In this document: piece by piece, positions 7,624 to 8,395 of the stretch
Numbering within the stretch: the stretch's first letter is position 1
Layout: each line of letters opens with the position of its first letter
Assembly: GCA_010909165.1 (NCBI GenBank)
Contig: VJWM01000428.1
Span: 1 to 8,395 of the forward strand
DNA length: 8,395 nt
Direction: 5' to 3'
Origin: Anthoceros angustus
Taxonomy: Eukaryota; Plantae; Anthocerotophyta
Translations under genes and position numbers: made by a program
Notes under the pieces: model-generated
What the model was told of the DNA's origin: nothing
The model's input: the letters and a program-made list of their open reading frames with translations, nothing else
Database searches by the model: none

Positions 7624-8395
7624 GATACTAGATCTATGCTAGCTAAGCGTTTCTCTATGACCACTTGTAGAGAACTTTCCTTCTGTTTAGGCATTCAGGT
7701 TCTAAGGGATAGAAATGCGAGGAGCATCCTCATCCATCAATCCAAATATATTCAAGAGATCCTAACCAAGTTTAATATGTTAGATGCTAAACCTATCTCT
7801 ACGCCTATGGAAATGAACCTCAAACTTAGCAAGGAACCGACCAACAGGATAACACCTCCGATGCTACTCCTCCTCCTACTCTTCACCAGTAGGTAGTCTC
7901 ATGTATCTTATGGTATGCACTAGACCATCTCTCCTATACAAAGTGGGAGCTCTATCTCAATTTATCACCCTACTCAAGCTCATTGGAAAGTTACCAAGAG
8001 GGTATTTCGATACCTAAGGGCAACCCGGACTTAGGGTTATTTTACCAATGCATATCACAGGAGAGCCTCTACAACTAGAGAAGCGATGCCGACCGGGCCG
8101 TAATATTGATTATAGAAAGAGTACAAGTAGTTATGTATACTTACTTGAGGGAACAACAAGTCGAGTAGCAAGAAGTTGTTGTCGTGACTCACCTCAACGA
8201 GGTCGAATATTGCTCACTAACTCACGCATGTAAGGACGGACTTTGGCAACTCCTCCAACTCTCGAGTTAGGTGAAACACAAAGGATCCCTAGGCCACTTT
8301 ATTGTGACAATCAAAGTGCTATCGCCTTACCTACAACCCAAGTTCCATGCAGAACAAAGCACGTGGAAGTGCAATTCCACTTTATAAGGCAATTC
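7624..8395 (+). pseudogene. pol: Copia pol fragment: C-terminal half of reverse transcriptase (RVT_2) and RNase H (Ty1-type), frameshifted
   Basis: LAKRFSMT..ELSFCLGIQVLRDR..HQSKYIQEILTKFNMLDAKPISTPME, VGSLMYLMVCTRP (from 7889), HWKVTKRVFRYL, DADxAGNIDYRKSTSSYVYLL, YCDNQSAIAL, and KFHA/RTKHVEVQFHFIR. Confidence 0.96.

Larger units (their letters stand above)
5798..8395 (+). mobile_element. Degenerate, internally deleted Ty1/copia LTR retrotransposon (continues past the window end)
   Basis: LTR, iMet PBS, gag with CCHC knuckle, then copia-type RT C-terminal half and RNase H motifs in the expected order. Confidence 0.95.

Noticed and set aside
7441-7896. Intact 151-aa Gag-RT fusion protein
   Set aside because: The frame is open only through compensating indels: the knuckle's His and last Cys are out of frame or lost, and RT lacks YVDD.

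Overview
Eukaryotic, plant-like repetitive DNA with no intact host gene. From left to right: (1) a short ACAATGGC repeat cluster (2-75) and an AT-rich tandem repeat of about 4 copies of 118-132 bp (351-873). (2) The 3' part of a minus-strand LTR retrotransposon (about 906-5797): an LTR-like segment (906-1687), a polypurine tract, a decayed 'additional ORF' of about 900 codons (1837-4543), a candidate internal promoter (TATA + G-box), and three arrays of one palindromic motif, TCCTAC-N4-GTAGGA, both inside the ORF and in its non-coding upstream spacer. Its Ty3/gypsy (Athila/Tat-like) assignment is inferred from architecture only, since none of its gag/pol is in the window. (3) A plus-strand Ty1/copia element apparently inserted into it at 5798: a 248-bp LTR, a tRNA-iMet PBS, a very GC-rich leader, and a decayed gag joined directly to the C-terminal half of RT and RNase H, with protease, integrase and the RT active site missing. 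Most ORFs in the supplied track are frameshifted fragments or antisense shadows of these pseudogenes. The most unusual signal is the pairing of the additional ORF with about 20 copies of one phased palindrome.
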